A DNA stretch of 50,897 bases from an uncultured Thermoplasmatales archaeon. Lineage in GTDB: Archaea > Thermoplasmatota > E2 > DHVEG-1. The stretch lies in contig CAZVNH010000001.1 of NCBI GenBank assembly GCA_964628575.1, forward strand, positions 5,791 to 56,687, in the 5' to 3' direction. Positions 28,088 to 37,200 of this stretch are shown here, one piece after another. Within the stretch, counting starts at the first letter, position 1. Every line of letters begins with the position of its first letter. The notes below the pieces were generated by a model, which ran no database searches, had not been told where the DNA came from, and saw nothing but the letters and a program-made list of their open reading frames with translations. A program made the translations under genes and the position numbers.

Positions 28088-29497
28088 TTAGGGATTAAAA
28101 GTCCAATTACTCCATTCTCTACTTGGTAAAATATAGTTTCCTGTTGTTATATTATTTGGATATATATAATTAAAAGCATTTCCCGAAGGAACACATACTT
28201 TTGTACCATTTTGCCATTGGGTAAATAAAAAAGTTCCATAAGGCCAACCTTCTATAAGATCATGATATTTATTAAATGCAATCAAGGGAAAAGTTATACT
28301 CCTTCCCCACAATGGATTAGTTTTATTAATTTTTTCTAATTCTTTTATTATAATAGAATTATTTAAAGATTGGGTTTTATTTATAACGTAAGATAATAGA
28401 TTTACTGCATCATAAGCTCCAACCGCACTGTATATTGGTTCATGTTCAAATGTAGAAACGTATTTTACCCAAAAAATCTCAGAAATATTTGTTTTATTAT
28501 TTCTAATATTTGGAATCATTATCGTTTCAAATTCACATCCTTCATTAGTATCTACCCAAAAAGAATCAAGTTGTGATTCTATATCGATACCTACAAAAAC
28601 AAATCCTGGTTTCTCTAAAATATATCTTTTCATTAAATAACTACTTTCCTTAGATGTAATAATCGGAACTATTATTTGTGGCTCAATCGATTTTATTTGA
28701 TTCCAAGATCGGTAATAATCAATCCAAGTCGCATTAATTGGATTTATTATTTCTTGCACGATAGATAAATTATAAATGGCATTATTTTGAAGAGATTCAA
28801 ATAATTTACTACTAATATTTTCGGTCCATTCTGTATTTTCTCTTACTATCGAGACATTGTGAATATTCTGCTCAACCGTTTCGTTAAGATGTTTACTTAA
28901 GTATATTAGATATTGAGATAATTCTTTTCCTAGAGATGATGAATTTAATGGCATTATTCTAAAGAAATATTTATACTGATCATAAAAATTCAAAACATTT
29001 TCACAAAAGTAATCTGATGTAACTCCTGTATTCATAAAAATTTTATTTTGAGCCATAATATAATCAAGATAATGTTCTAAAACAGTAGACCTATATCCCC
29101 CTATAATATATTCTACACCTCCAATGTCAATAATTTTCTTTGCTGCTCGAAGTCCATCGTTTAAATCAAGCTGGAGATTCTCTTCATGAGTATCTTCTTT
29201 TAACAATCCAATGTAATACTTTTTGTCATCAATATCAATCCCACCAGCAGTGTTGATTTCATATGCTGCTAGCCAAGCACCTTCATAATTTCCAATACCG
29301 TTAATCCCATGAGTATCACCTAATAGTCCAATTCTAATAATATTTTCATAAAAATCATTATCTATACCTGGAATTTCCCAAATTGATTTATTTAAATTCA
29401 AATAATATAATAAGGAAAAATTCAAACTTATAAAGAGAGATATAATAAATCCAGAAATAATAATTCTTTTTTTTAATTTTTGTATTTTATGTACCAA
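28088..29497 (-). CDS. Membrane-anchored type-1 periplasmic-binding-protein-like (LivJ/ANF-receptor-like) extracellular protein
   Basis: 469 aa. An N-terminal basic stretch is followed by a TM helix (RIIISGFIISLFISLNFSLLYY). IRIGLLGDTHGINGIGNYEGAWLAAYEINTAGGI is typical of branched-chain-amino-acid-type SBPs. I count 15 N-x-S/T sequons after the anchor. Confidence 0.6.
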   Translation of the reverse strand: MVHKIQKLKKRIIISGFIISLFISLNFSLLYYLNLNKSIWEIPGIDNDFYENIIRIGLLGDTHGINGIGNYEGAWLAAYEINTAGGIDIDDKKYYIGLLKEDTHEENLQLDLNDGLRAAKKIIDIGGVEYIIGGYRSTVLEHYLDYIMAQNKIFMNTGVTSDYFCENVLNFYDQYKYFFRIMPLNSSSLGKELSQYLIYLSKHLNETVEQNIHNVSIVRENTEWTENISSKLFESLQNNAIYNLSIVQEIINPINATWIDYYRSWNQIKSIEPQIIVPIITSKESSYLMKRYILEKPGFVFVGIDIESQLDSFWVDTNEGCEFETIMIPNIRNNKTNISEIFWVKYVSTFEHEPIYSAVGAYDAVNLLSYVINKTQSLNNSIIIKELEKINKTNPLWGRSITFPLIAFNKYHDLIEGWPYGTFLFTQWQNGTKVCVPSGNAFNYIYPNNITTGNYILPSREWSNWTFNP

Positions 29498-29684
29498 GAT
29501 AATTAATCTATATATAACTTTTTTTAAAAAGCCTTTTTGTTATTTTCTTGCTTTTTAAAGATATGTACTTTATTTAATAAAATCCTCAAGAATGTTATTC
29601 TGCAGAGTTATATGCTTGAATAATAATAAACAAATCTTACTAATACAAGTTTCACAAATAGTAAAATAAAATCTCTAGATTTAA

Positions 29685-30638
29685 TTATAAAGCTTTTCTA
29701 AAAAATGTAAAAATTTTGATAACTATCCCATAGGAGAATCCTAATACTAAAGCTAATTCAAAAATGACTAAAATCTTTAATGAAATAATAAAATTTGATG
29801 GAGATATAAATTCTTTCTTTAATTTGACTAGCATTCTCATTAAAAACAATATAAAAGGAATTAAAAAAAATATTATTAATAGAAAGAAAAGATTCCAAAA
29901 TAGAGATGTAATTAAGAAAAATGCATCAGACAGCCAAAAAATCATCCTTAAATAGTATGACGCAAAATTATTCATTGCTATGGCATCATATTGAGAATAT
30001 TGAAAAAACTGTTTAAAGAGTTTCTTGGAACTCTTCCTTGATTCCCAGTAAACTATTGCCTTTTTGTTTAAATAGAATTTCTTTCCTAAAATTCTTAGTT
30101 TTTGGTTAAAGTATGTATCTTCTCCACTTATAAGCCATTCAGGATATCCTCCTACATCAATCCATGCTTTTTTTCTAAAAGCAATAGAACGACTTGAGGG
30201 TGAAAAAGAATTAGAGTCCACTTTGTTAAAATCATACATTATTAACTTCCCTGTTAATTTTTGAAAGAGAGATTCCCCCGTAACAATATATGTTCCAGAC
30301 ACAACATCAATTTTATTATTTTTAAGAGGATTTGTGATTTCATAAACCCAATTCTTATCTAGTACACAACCACCATCAGTTGCAGCGATATAATCATATT
30401 TAGCGCTTGAAATTGCAATATTTCGACCTTCTGGGACGTTTACTCCCTTTTTTACTATTAAATTAATTGGTAGCTGGTTTTTATATTGATTAATAATTTT
30501 TATTGTATTATCAGTTGAACCTCCATCAACAATGATTATCTCATCTGGTAATTTAGTTTGATATAAAATAGATTCTAACAGATTACTTATTGAGTTTTCT
30601 TCATTCTTAACCGTAAAAATTAAACTTGCTCTAGTCAT
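29685..30638 (-). CDS. GT2 glycosyltransferase with C-terminal TM helices
   Basis: 317 aa. Motifs are LIFTVKNEENSI and IIVDGGSTDNT, and an ATDGG acidic motif follows. The last ~90 aa are hydrophobic. Confidence 0.8.
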   Translation of the reverse strand: MTRASLIFTVKNEENSISNLLESILYQTKLPDEIIIVDGGSTDNTIKIINQYKNQLPINLIVKKGVNVPEGRNIAISSAKYDYIAATDGGCVLDKNWVYEITNPLKNNKIDVVSGTYIVTGESLFQKLTGKLIMYDFNKVDSNSFSPSSRSIAFRKKAWIDVGGYPEWLISGEDTYFNQKLRILGKKFYLNKKAIVYWESRKSSKKLFKQFFQYSQYDAIAMNNFASYYLRMIFWLSDAFFLITSLFWNLFFLLIIFFLIPFILFLMRMLVKLKKEFISPSNFIISLKILVIFELALVLGFSYGIVIKIFTFFRKAL

Positions 30639-31124
30639 TTTTTACTTTCTAAAAAAAGTTATGATTATATCTTGTCTTTTATTGATTAATTAAAAAATGT
30701 TTTTATTTCTTAAGATTTATAGAATAAATTCATTATTCTAAAATTTTTCAATTAGTTCGCTAATAATGAAAGTTAAACAACATTTTTCTAGCCGTTGTTT
30801 TAATATACATATTAAGTTATTATAAATATACTAAATTTTTTTTTAAATTCTTATTTAGTTTCATCAGTACTATTTTGATAATTTAATTTTCAATAAAATC
30901 AGAAGAAGGTTTTTATTATAAAAAAGAATAGAATAACTTTATTAGTTATAGTTCTATCCTTTTTTTTCATATTATACGCATCTTTTAATGAAATCTTTGT
31001 TATTTTATATGGTAGGCACGTCTCAATAATTCTACTTTTTGGATTTGTTATTGTAATAATTAGCTTTTTTGTATTTATAAATCTGAATCAAAAAAACAAT
31101 CTAAATTCACTTTTTCAATTTCGT

Positions 31125-33389
31125 ATGATATCAGAAAATTCAATAAAATTACTACTTCTAATTTTTATTATAATTACTATGTTCATTCCTTCAATTTTTA
31201 AAAACAATATGATAATATTATGGGAAAGAATATATTATTTAAATTATTTTAAGGCGGTACTCGCAATTATTTCATATGCTTTCTTACCAGGAGCAAACAT
31301 TTATAATATTATTTTTCCCCATGATGTTCTAAGTAATAAACTTAAAATTGAGCCCGTTATAGTAAAGCTAACACTTTATCCCCTTCTATCTCTTTGCACT
31401 CTAGGTATCTCTGTTTTACTTTTTGATCAGTTAGGATCTACTGGAGGACAAATGGAGATTTTAATCTTTCTTTTTATTTCGATATTATTTATTCTTGATT
31501 TTATTTTGCAGATAAAACGACATAAATCTTTAGATTTAAGTCTAATTGAAATCAAAATTTCAAAAAATAGTATTATTATCATTTTACTAGCAGTGGGGAT
31601 TTCAACTATTTCAATAGGATTCCAACTAGGATGGAGTTATCTTGTTTCAGGGGACCCTTGGGCCTCAATCAAATATGCAAACTTAATTGGAGATCCAAAA
31701 ATAAATCCAATTTTTATTGATGATTATCCAAATTTCTGGGGCTACATTTCTTATGGTCTAAGTATTGTTAGTGGTTTTCCGTTTATTAATATTAATTCCC
31801 TTTTAGCTCCTTTTAATTATTTATTTATATTTTCAGTTTTTATTTTTATGAAATCATTACTACTAAATTACCATATAAAGTATTCTGTTTTATCAACTAT
31901 ATTGATTTCATTATTTTCAGGGTTTTTTATAGAACCACTTATTAGTTCTATAGTCTTCGTTGGTGATTTTTACTTCATTTATAAAAGTTTTGCATATATA
32001 TTGTTCTTTATAAGTTTAGGATTGTTTTTTATTACCTCGACAAATAATTTTAATTATGCAAAAGAAATTAGACTATTAATTTTATCAGCCTTTTTTTTTA
32101 TAATAAGTTTTATGACTTATATCTTTCCATTAATTTTCGGAATTCTTATCTTGTTCATTTATTGTCTACTTACTAAAAAAATTGAAAAATCTACTTACCT
32201 GAAATTTTTCTTATATTTATTAATTCTAATTCTAATATTATATATTCTTTTTGATTTAATTTTAAATAACTATTTAAGTCAAGTTGTAATTTATCGTTTT
32301 CTATTATTTTTTGATTTAAATATAATTGAAATTGAGAATATTCTAATCTCACCTCCAATCCTAATCTATTTGTTCTTTATATTTTTTATATTGATTGTTA
32401 TTATCATTAGGAAATACTTGAAACGTACTGGAGAAATAACACTTAAAAAAAAATGGAATCCATTTTTGAATAAAATTTTTATAATTTTTTTAACATTATT
32501 CATTATTTTTTTGATTATAGAATTTCTTTCTCTTCTAATAGAATTCTTATTTTTACAAATTGATTTGAGTGAACACTTTTTCTTCTATATATTTTTAGAT
32601 AAAATTATATTAAATATTGGATTAATTGGGATAATGGGTATAGTTTTATCTTTTTATTCCTTCAAACAAAATAAAAAATTATCAATCTTTTTCTTTATAT
32701 GGATATTTATTACATTTATATTCGCATTTTTGTCATTTTTTGCAGAAATAATAATCAATAATCCTCTTTCACCTCAAGAAATATCTGAATGGCACAGAAT
32801 CCTTATAGGATATTGGTTTAATAGAATTTGGTTTTATTCAATTCCACCTCTATGTATTTTTGGATCTATTGGAATATTTGTATTGTTAGAGAGACTACAA
32901 AAAATTCATTTTATATATAAACTAAAATCAAGCCATCTAATTTTGAAAAATTTGATTGCAACTACGATAATTTGCTTCTCCTTTTCTGGTGTAATAATAA
33001 CAGGAGTTATTTATGGAAATTCAAACTTTAGATATACTGATAATCAAATTACAACTCTTGAATGGGTTTCAGAAAATGTTCCAATTCATTCAGGTGTGCT
33101 TGTTGGTGATAATTTTTTTATGGGTGTTGGGATAAAAACTATAACTTTTGTTAATCAATATTTTATGTATGATATATTTGAGGTTGATTTTAATGAGACT
33201 CAGTGTATCCAACAAATTGAATATTTAAAAAATGAAACAATACAATACGCTGTTCTATCTCAATTCTTCATTTCTTATTATCTTAATAAAACTGATTTTA
33301 CTAATAACATTTTAATCCCTCAGTTTTATAACGTCTCATTATATCATTATGGAGATTTATCAGTATATTATGCTCCCTTTTTTGACTAG
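31125..33389 (+). CDS. Large polytopic membrane protein, GT-C-like glycosyltransferase candidate
   Basis: 754 aa. Layout is 4 N-terminal TM helices, a basic linker (QIKRHKS...), one TM helix, then the loop LVSGDPWASIKYANL, many TM helices and a C-terminal soluble domain. The frame is also open for 76 codons upstream, back to 30897. Confidence 0.5.
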   Translation: MISENSIKLLLLIFIIITMFIPSIFKNNMIILWERIYYLNYFKAVLAIISYAFLPGANIYNIIFPHDVLSNKLKIEPVIVKLTLYPLLSLCTLGISVLLFDQLGSTGGQMEILIFLFISILFILDFILQIKRHKSLDLSLIEIKISKNSIIIILLAVGISTISIGFQLGWSYLVSGDPWASIKYANLIGDPKINPIFIDDYPNFWGYISYGLSIVSGFPFININSLLAPFNYLFIFSVFIFMKSLLLNYHIKYSVLSTILISLFSGFFIEPLISSIVFVGDFYFIYKSFAYILFFISLGLFFITSTNNFNYAKEIRLLILSAFFFIISFMTYIFPLIFGILILFIYCLLTKKIEKSTYLKFFLYLLILILILYILFDLILNNYLSQVVIYRFLLFFDLNIIEIENILISPPILIYLFFIFFILIVIIIRKYLKRTGEITLKKKWNPFLNKIFIIFLTLFIIFLIIEFLSLLIEFLFLQIDLSEHFFFYIFLDKIILNIGLIGIMGIVLSFYSFKQNKKLSIFFFIWIFITFIFAFLSFFAEIIINNPLSPQEISEWHRILIGYWFNRIWFYSIPPLCIFGSIGIFVLLERLQKIHFIYKLKSSHLILKNLIATTIICFSFSGVIITGVIYGNSNFRYTDNQITTLEWVSENVPIHSGVLVGDNFFMGVGIKTITFVNQYFMYDIFEVDFNETQCIQQIEYLKNETIQYAVLSQFFISYYLNKTDFTNNILIPQFYNVSLYHYGDLSVYYAPFFD

Positions 33390-33406
33390 CTTAATATATC
33401 GAACTA

Positions 33407-34036
33407 TTAGTTTAAAGTTTTTCCAGGTCCAAAGGGTCTTAATCTAGCAATCCTGCGCTCAAACCCTGCGATATCAGAGATCCTATGAAGTTTATAAACT
33501 AGAGAGTTTATTGAAATTACATAGCTTATAATTGTTAGTTTTTCAATATTTTGATTAAAAAATTCTATAGAATAGTAGTTAGCAGAATTAATTTGCAATT
33601 TTTTAGATAGATTGTTCATTATAGTCATCATTTTAACTTTTACTAAAATTTCACTATTAGAAGCGAAGAAGATTTTATAAGTTCCCTGCTTTAAATCACC
33701 TAGAACTTTAAAAGATGTATTTTTATTGCTTCCTTTGATAAACATTTTTGAAGTAAACAAAATCTTATTTTTTGTAATTTTAGCGATAAATTTATTTGAT
33801 CTATCTCTTAATATTTTTCTTTTATAGAACATACTATTTTTTTCTTGAATAAAGACAATATTGCTGTTATTTAAATCTTGAACCTGTAAGTTTTTATAAG
33901 GATTAAAGAAGGGGATTTTAACCTTACATAGAATATGACCGAATTCATTTAATATATTCTCACTTCCAAAATTATCAAACTTCTTCTTTATAATTGCAAA
34001 GTTGTAGGCACCACTAGATTTTTCTTTCAAAGCCAT
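33407..34036 (-). CDS. Hypothetical protein, possibly LURP-one-related / tubby-C-like beta-barrel
   Basis: 209 aa and soluble. It shows a repeated beta-hairpin-like pattern (ILCKVKIPFF, FIAKITKNKILF, FKVLGDLKQGTYKIFF, ILVKVKMM, YYSIEFFNQ) that resembles my memory of the DUF567/LOR family. This call is weak. Confidence 0.3.
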   Translation of the reverse strand: MALKEKSSGAYNFAIIKKKFDNFGSENILNEFGHILCKVKIPFFNPYKNLQVQDLNNSNIVFIQEKNSMFYKRKILRDRSNKFIAKITKNKILFTSKMFIKGSNKNTSFKVLGDLKQGTYKIFFASNSEILVKVKMMTIMNNLSKKLQINSANYYSIEFFNQNIEKLTIISYVISINSLVYKLHRISDIAGFERRIARLRPFGPGKTLN

Positions 34037-34176
34037 ATGTGAATTCCCGTGTAGAATTTCAGAATTATTACTAATTATATATTTTTAATTATGATAAATT
34101 CTTTTGAAAAATATTTAAAATAAAATAATTTTGCTTAAGATCTTAAAGCTAACATGAGTTAAGAATAATTCGAGAC

Positions 34177-35601
34177 ATGAAAGTATTAATAATCAATTTG
34201 CCAAGATTCCAAGGATCCTCAGTTACTCGTGAGGGGCGCTGTGAATTTGTCTGTAATTATCGTGTTGATACACCAGCAACATTATTGATAATTGCTTCAT
34301 TATTGAGAAATCGAGGTCACCAAATTGTTTTTATAGATGCAAATGCTCAAAATTTAGATTTCGTAAAGATAAGGAATATACTAATTACTAAAATTCCTGA
34401 TTGTGTAATATTTACTTTTAATTCATGGATTATTGAACACGATTTAAAAATAAGCGAGATTCTAAAAAGGATTAATCCCGCATGCATAACAATAGGCTTT
34501 TCATGGTTTGCAAAGAATTTTCCAAGAGAAATTTTATCCAGATTTCCTAATTTAGATATTCAAATAATTCAAGATCCTTTTTCTGTTATTGAAAGTATAA
34601 TAAACTGTTTAGCACAGAGAGAATCTCTTGAAAACATTAAGGGAATTGCATATAAAGAAAATAATATAATAAAAGTAAATAGTAAATTCACCTATGAAAA
34701 AAGTTTTAAAGAATTACCATTACCCTCATATGATTTAATAAAATCTTTTAAACCTTATTATTTATATACACCATTATTGAAACCATATGCCTTAGTGTAT
34801 GCGGGGAAAGGATGTCCATATAGTTGTGCTTATTGTCCTGATGCGAATACAAAATATAGTGGACGGTCAGCAAACAATATTCTCCATGAGTTAAAAATTT
34901 TAAAGAAACTTGCAAAAATAAAATATGTTTGGTTTTATGACCAAGTTTTTACAATCAATCGAAAACGAATAATTGAGTTATGTGAGAAATTGATTAATGA
35001 AAATCTTAAAATTTATTGGTTTTGTGATTCTAGAGCAGATTTGGTTGATTTACAACTGTTAAAAATAATGAAAGCTGCGGGATGTATAGGGATTGCTTAC
35101 GGTATTGAATCTGGTTCTCAAAAGATATTGAATAATATGAAAAAATCAATCACAATTTCTCAAGCTATTAATGCTTTAAATTGGACTAGAGAAGTGGGAA
35201 TTCCTACGCAGTTAAATCTAATATTGGGCTATATTGGAGAAAATCTAAATACACTTAAAGAAACAGAAAATTTTGTGAGACATACATTACCTCAAATTAT
35301 GCAAGCTTCATTTATTATAGCTATGAATGGAACTGAATTTACAAAAATTGCAATTGAAAACAATTGGATAAGTAATAATATAAGATGGCAAGAAAGAATT
35401 ACGGATCTAAAAATAGAAAAAGAGCTTTATGAGCCATTCCAACTCGATTTGATTAATGAGATAAAAATATTGTATAAATTCCTGTATCTAAATCCAAAAT
35501 GGTGGATAAATGGATTTAAATCTTTAATTAAAAATCCTCAATTAATCTTACCAATATTTGGAACTATATTAAATAGGAAAAGATCAATTAAATTTATATA
35601 A
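34177..35601 (+). CDS. B12-binding-domain radical SAM enzyme (class B rSAM)
   Basis: 474 aa. The N-terminal Rossmann-like module is MKVLIINLPRF...LLIIASLLRNRGHQIVFIDAN. The radical SAM cluster motif CPYSCAYC (CxxxCxxC) is present. GIESGSQ lies downstream. Confidence 0.8.
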   Translation: MKVLIINLPRFQGSSVTREGRCEFVCNYRVDTPATLLIIASLLRNRGHQIVFIDANAQNLDFVKIRNILITKIPDCVIFTFNSWIIEHDLKISEILKRINPACITIGFSWFAKNFPREILSRFPNLDIQIIQDPFSVIESIINCLAQRESLENIKGIAYKENNIIKVNSKFTYEKSFKELPLPSYDLIKSFKPYYLYTPLLKPYALVYAGKGCPYSCAYCPDANTKYSGRSANNILHELKILKKLAKIKYVWFYDQVFTINRKRIIELCEKLINENLKIYWFCDSRADLVDLQLLKIMKAAGCIGIAYGIESGSQKILNNMKKSITISQAINALNWTREVGIPTQLNLILGYIGENLNTLKETENFVRHTLPQIMQASFIIAMNGTEFTKIAIENNWISNNIRWQERITDLKIEKELYEPFQLDLINEIKILYKFLYLNPKWWINGFKSLIKNPQLILPIFGTILNRKRSIKFI

Positions 35602-36532
35602 TAGGACTATTTTTAAGTTCTTCTTCCTGTTCCTTCATTTTAAGAAGTGATTCCTCTACATTCAATGACTTTACTTTCAATGTTTGGCGTGTTTTAGAAA
35701 CATCTAAACAGCATCGCATAGGTCTTTTAGCAACCTGTTTGAATAAACTACTACTTACAGGAGTAACCAATTCTCTTTTAATGTTAAAAATTTCAGCAAT
35801 CTTTAGGGTAAAATCATATCTGTTTATGCATTCACTACCAACTGTATGAAAAATACCATCTTGATTTGAATTAGCAAGAGATAATAAAAATTCAGCTAAA
35901 TTATCAGCTAATGTGGGAGTACTATATTGATCGTCTACAATCCTTAAACTCTCACCTTCTCTTAATTTGTTAAGTGCCCAAATAACAAAATTCATAGTCT
36001 TTCCTGAACTTGATTTAAGACCTTTTAGTTCACTAGGATTCCACCCAAAAACAAGACTTGTCCGTGCTATAGCATAACTAATCCCTGCATTTGAGATTCT
36101 TTCTTCAGCTCGAAGTTTGGAGGTACCGTAATAGTTTAACGGGTTTGTTTTACTTTCTTCATTATAATTATTATCAGTTCCATCGAACACGTAATCAGTG
36201 GAGATATAAATAAATCTCGTATTAATATCTTTACAAAGGGTCACTATATGCATTGGGGCTTCAACATTTACCTTCCAAGCCTCTTCTTGGTGAGTTTCAC
36301 AGTAATCTACATTATGAAGAGCAGAACAATCTACAATTACATTTGGTTTAATCTCCATTATTTTATACTTGATTTTTTCTTTATCGGTTTTATCTAGTTG
36401 AAAAATCTCACAATTATTAATCACAACTGAGCGGGTATTGTAAGAACCATAAACTTTGAACTTTTGAGAAGAAATATTTGCTAATTTATTACCTGTAAGT
36501 CCACTTACGCCAATAATTAGTAACTTTTTCAT
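35594..36532 (-). CDS. rmlD: dTDP-4-dehydrorhamnose reductase
   Basis: 312 aa. Blocks IIGVSGLTG, ISTDYVFDG, YGTSKLRAE, VDDQYSTPT and AKRP track E. coli RfbD as I remember it. Confidence 0.85.
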   Translation of the reverse strand: MKKLLIIGVSGLTGNKLANISSQKFKVYGSYNTRSVVINNCEIFQLDKTDKEKIKYKIMEIKPNVIVDCSALHNVDYCETHQEEAWKVNVEAPMHIVTLCKDINTRFIYISTDYVFDGTDNNYNEESKTNPLNYYGTSKLRAEERISNAGISYAIARTSLVFGWNPSELKGLKSSSGKTMNFVIWALNKLREGESLRIVDDQYSTPTLADNLAEFLLSLANSNQDGIFHTVGSECINRYDFTLKIAEIFNIKRELVTPVSSSLFKQVAKRPMRCCLDVSKTRQTLKVKSLNVEESLLKMKEQEEELKNSPII

Positions 36533-36636
36533 AATAATATAGATTTTTTAAATATTATAAATATTAAAATTTACTATACAAAACTTTTTGAAATAATTAA
36601 AAAGCTGAATAAATTTTGAAAAAAAGGTTAACTTAG

Positions 36637-37155
36637 ATGATTGAAGGTATTGAATTTAAGGACATTAAGAAATTTGTAGATGAGCGAGGATTCTTTTCTG
36701 AAATTTTAAGAGAGGATTGGAAAGATTTATTATTTGATGATAAAATAGTTCAATTCAATCTCTCATATAGTTATCCTAACATCGTTCGGGCATGGCATAG
36801 ACATTTAAAAGGGCAAATTGATTATTTTATTTGTATTTCTGGAGCAATTAAAGTATGTGCTTATGATGATAGAGAAGATTCCAAAACATTTGGAGAAATT
36901 GATGAAATTACACTTAGTGGGGAAAGTTTAAAAATTGTAAGAGTTCCAGGAATACTTTGGCACGGATATAAAGCCATCGGTACAAAACCTATAAAAATGT
37001 TATACGGTGTGAATCGACTCTATAATTATAGTGATCCCGATGAGGAAAGAAGAGATTGGAATGATGTAACTATCGTATCTAAGTCTATTAATGGAAAGAC
37101 CAACGATCCAAGAGTCGGAAAACCTTGGGATTGGTATTATTCACCAAATAAGTAA
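36637..37155 (+). CDS. rmlC: dTDP-4-dehydrorhamnose 3,5-epimerase-like cupin
   Basis: 172 aa. FVDERGFFSEI, the VRAWHRH His motif and DYFICISGAIKV give an RmlC-like cupin pattern. This is a shorter variant than bacterial RmlC. Confidence 0.7.
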   Translation: MIEGIEFKDIKKFVDERGFFSEILREDWKDLLFDDKIVQFNLSYSYPNIVRAWHRHLKGQIDYFICISGAIKVCAYDDREDSKTFGEIDEITLSGESLKIVRVPGILWHGYKAIGTKPIKMLYGVNRLYNYSDPDEERRDWNDVTIVSKSINGKTNDPRVGKPWDWYYSPNK

Positions 37156-37187
37156 ATCTCAATTTTATAATACAAAGAACCTAAAAA

Positions 37188-37192
37188 AGGAG
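37188..37192 (+). promoter_or_regulatory. Shine-Dalgarno-like AGGAG 8 nt upstream of the ATG at 37201
   Basis: Seen directly in the sequence. Confidence 0.45.
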
Positions 37193-37200
37193 AATTTAAT

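Noticed and set aside
29764-29955. 63-aa plus-strand ORF
   Set aside because: It is antisense within the C-terminal TM region of the GT2 gene 29685..30638.
23329-33389. Calling the large membrane proteins oligosaccharyltransferases (AglB/STT3)
   Set aside because: None of the three contains a WWDxG-type motif, and their C-terminal soluble domains are short. They are kept as generic GT-C-like candidates only.
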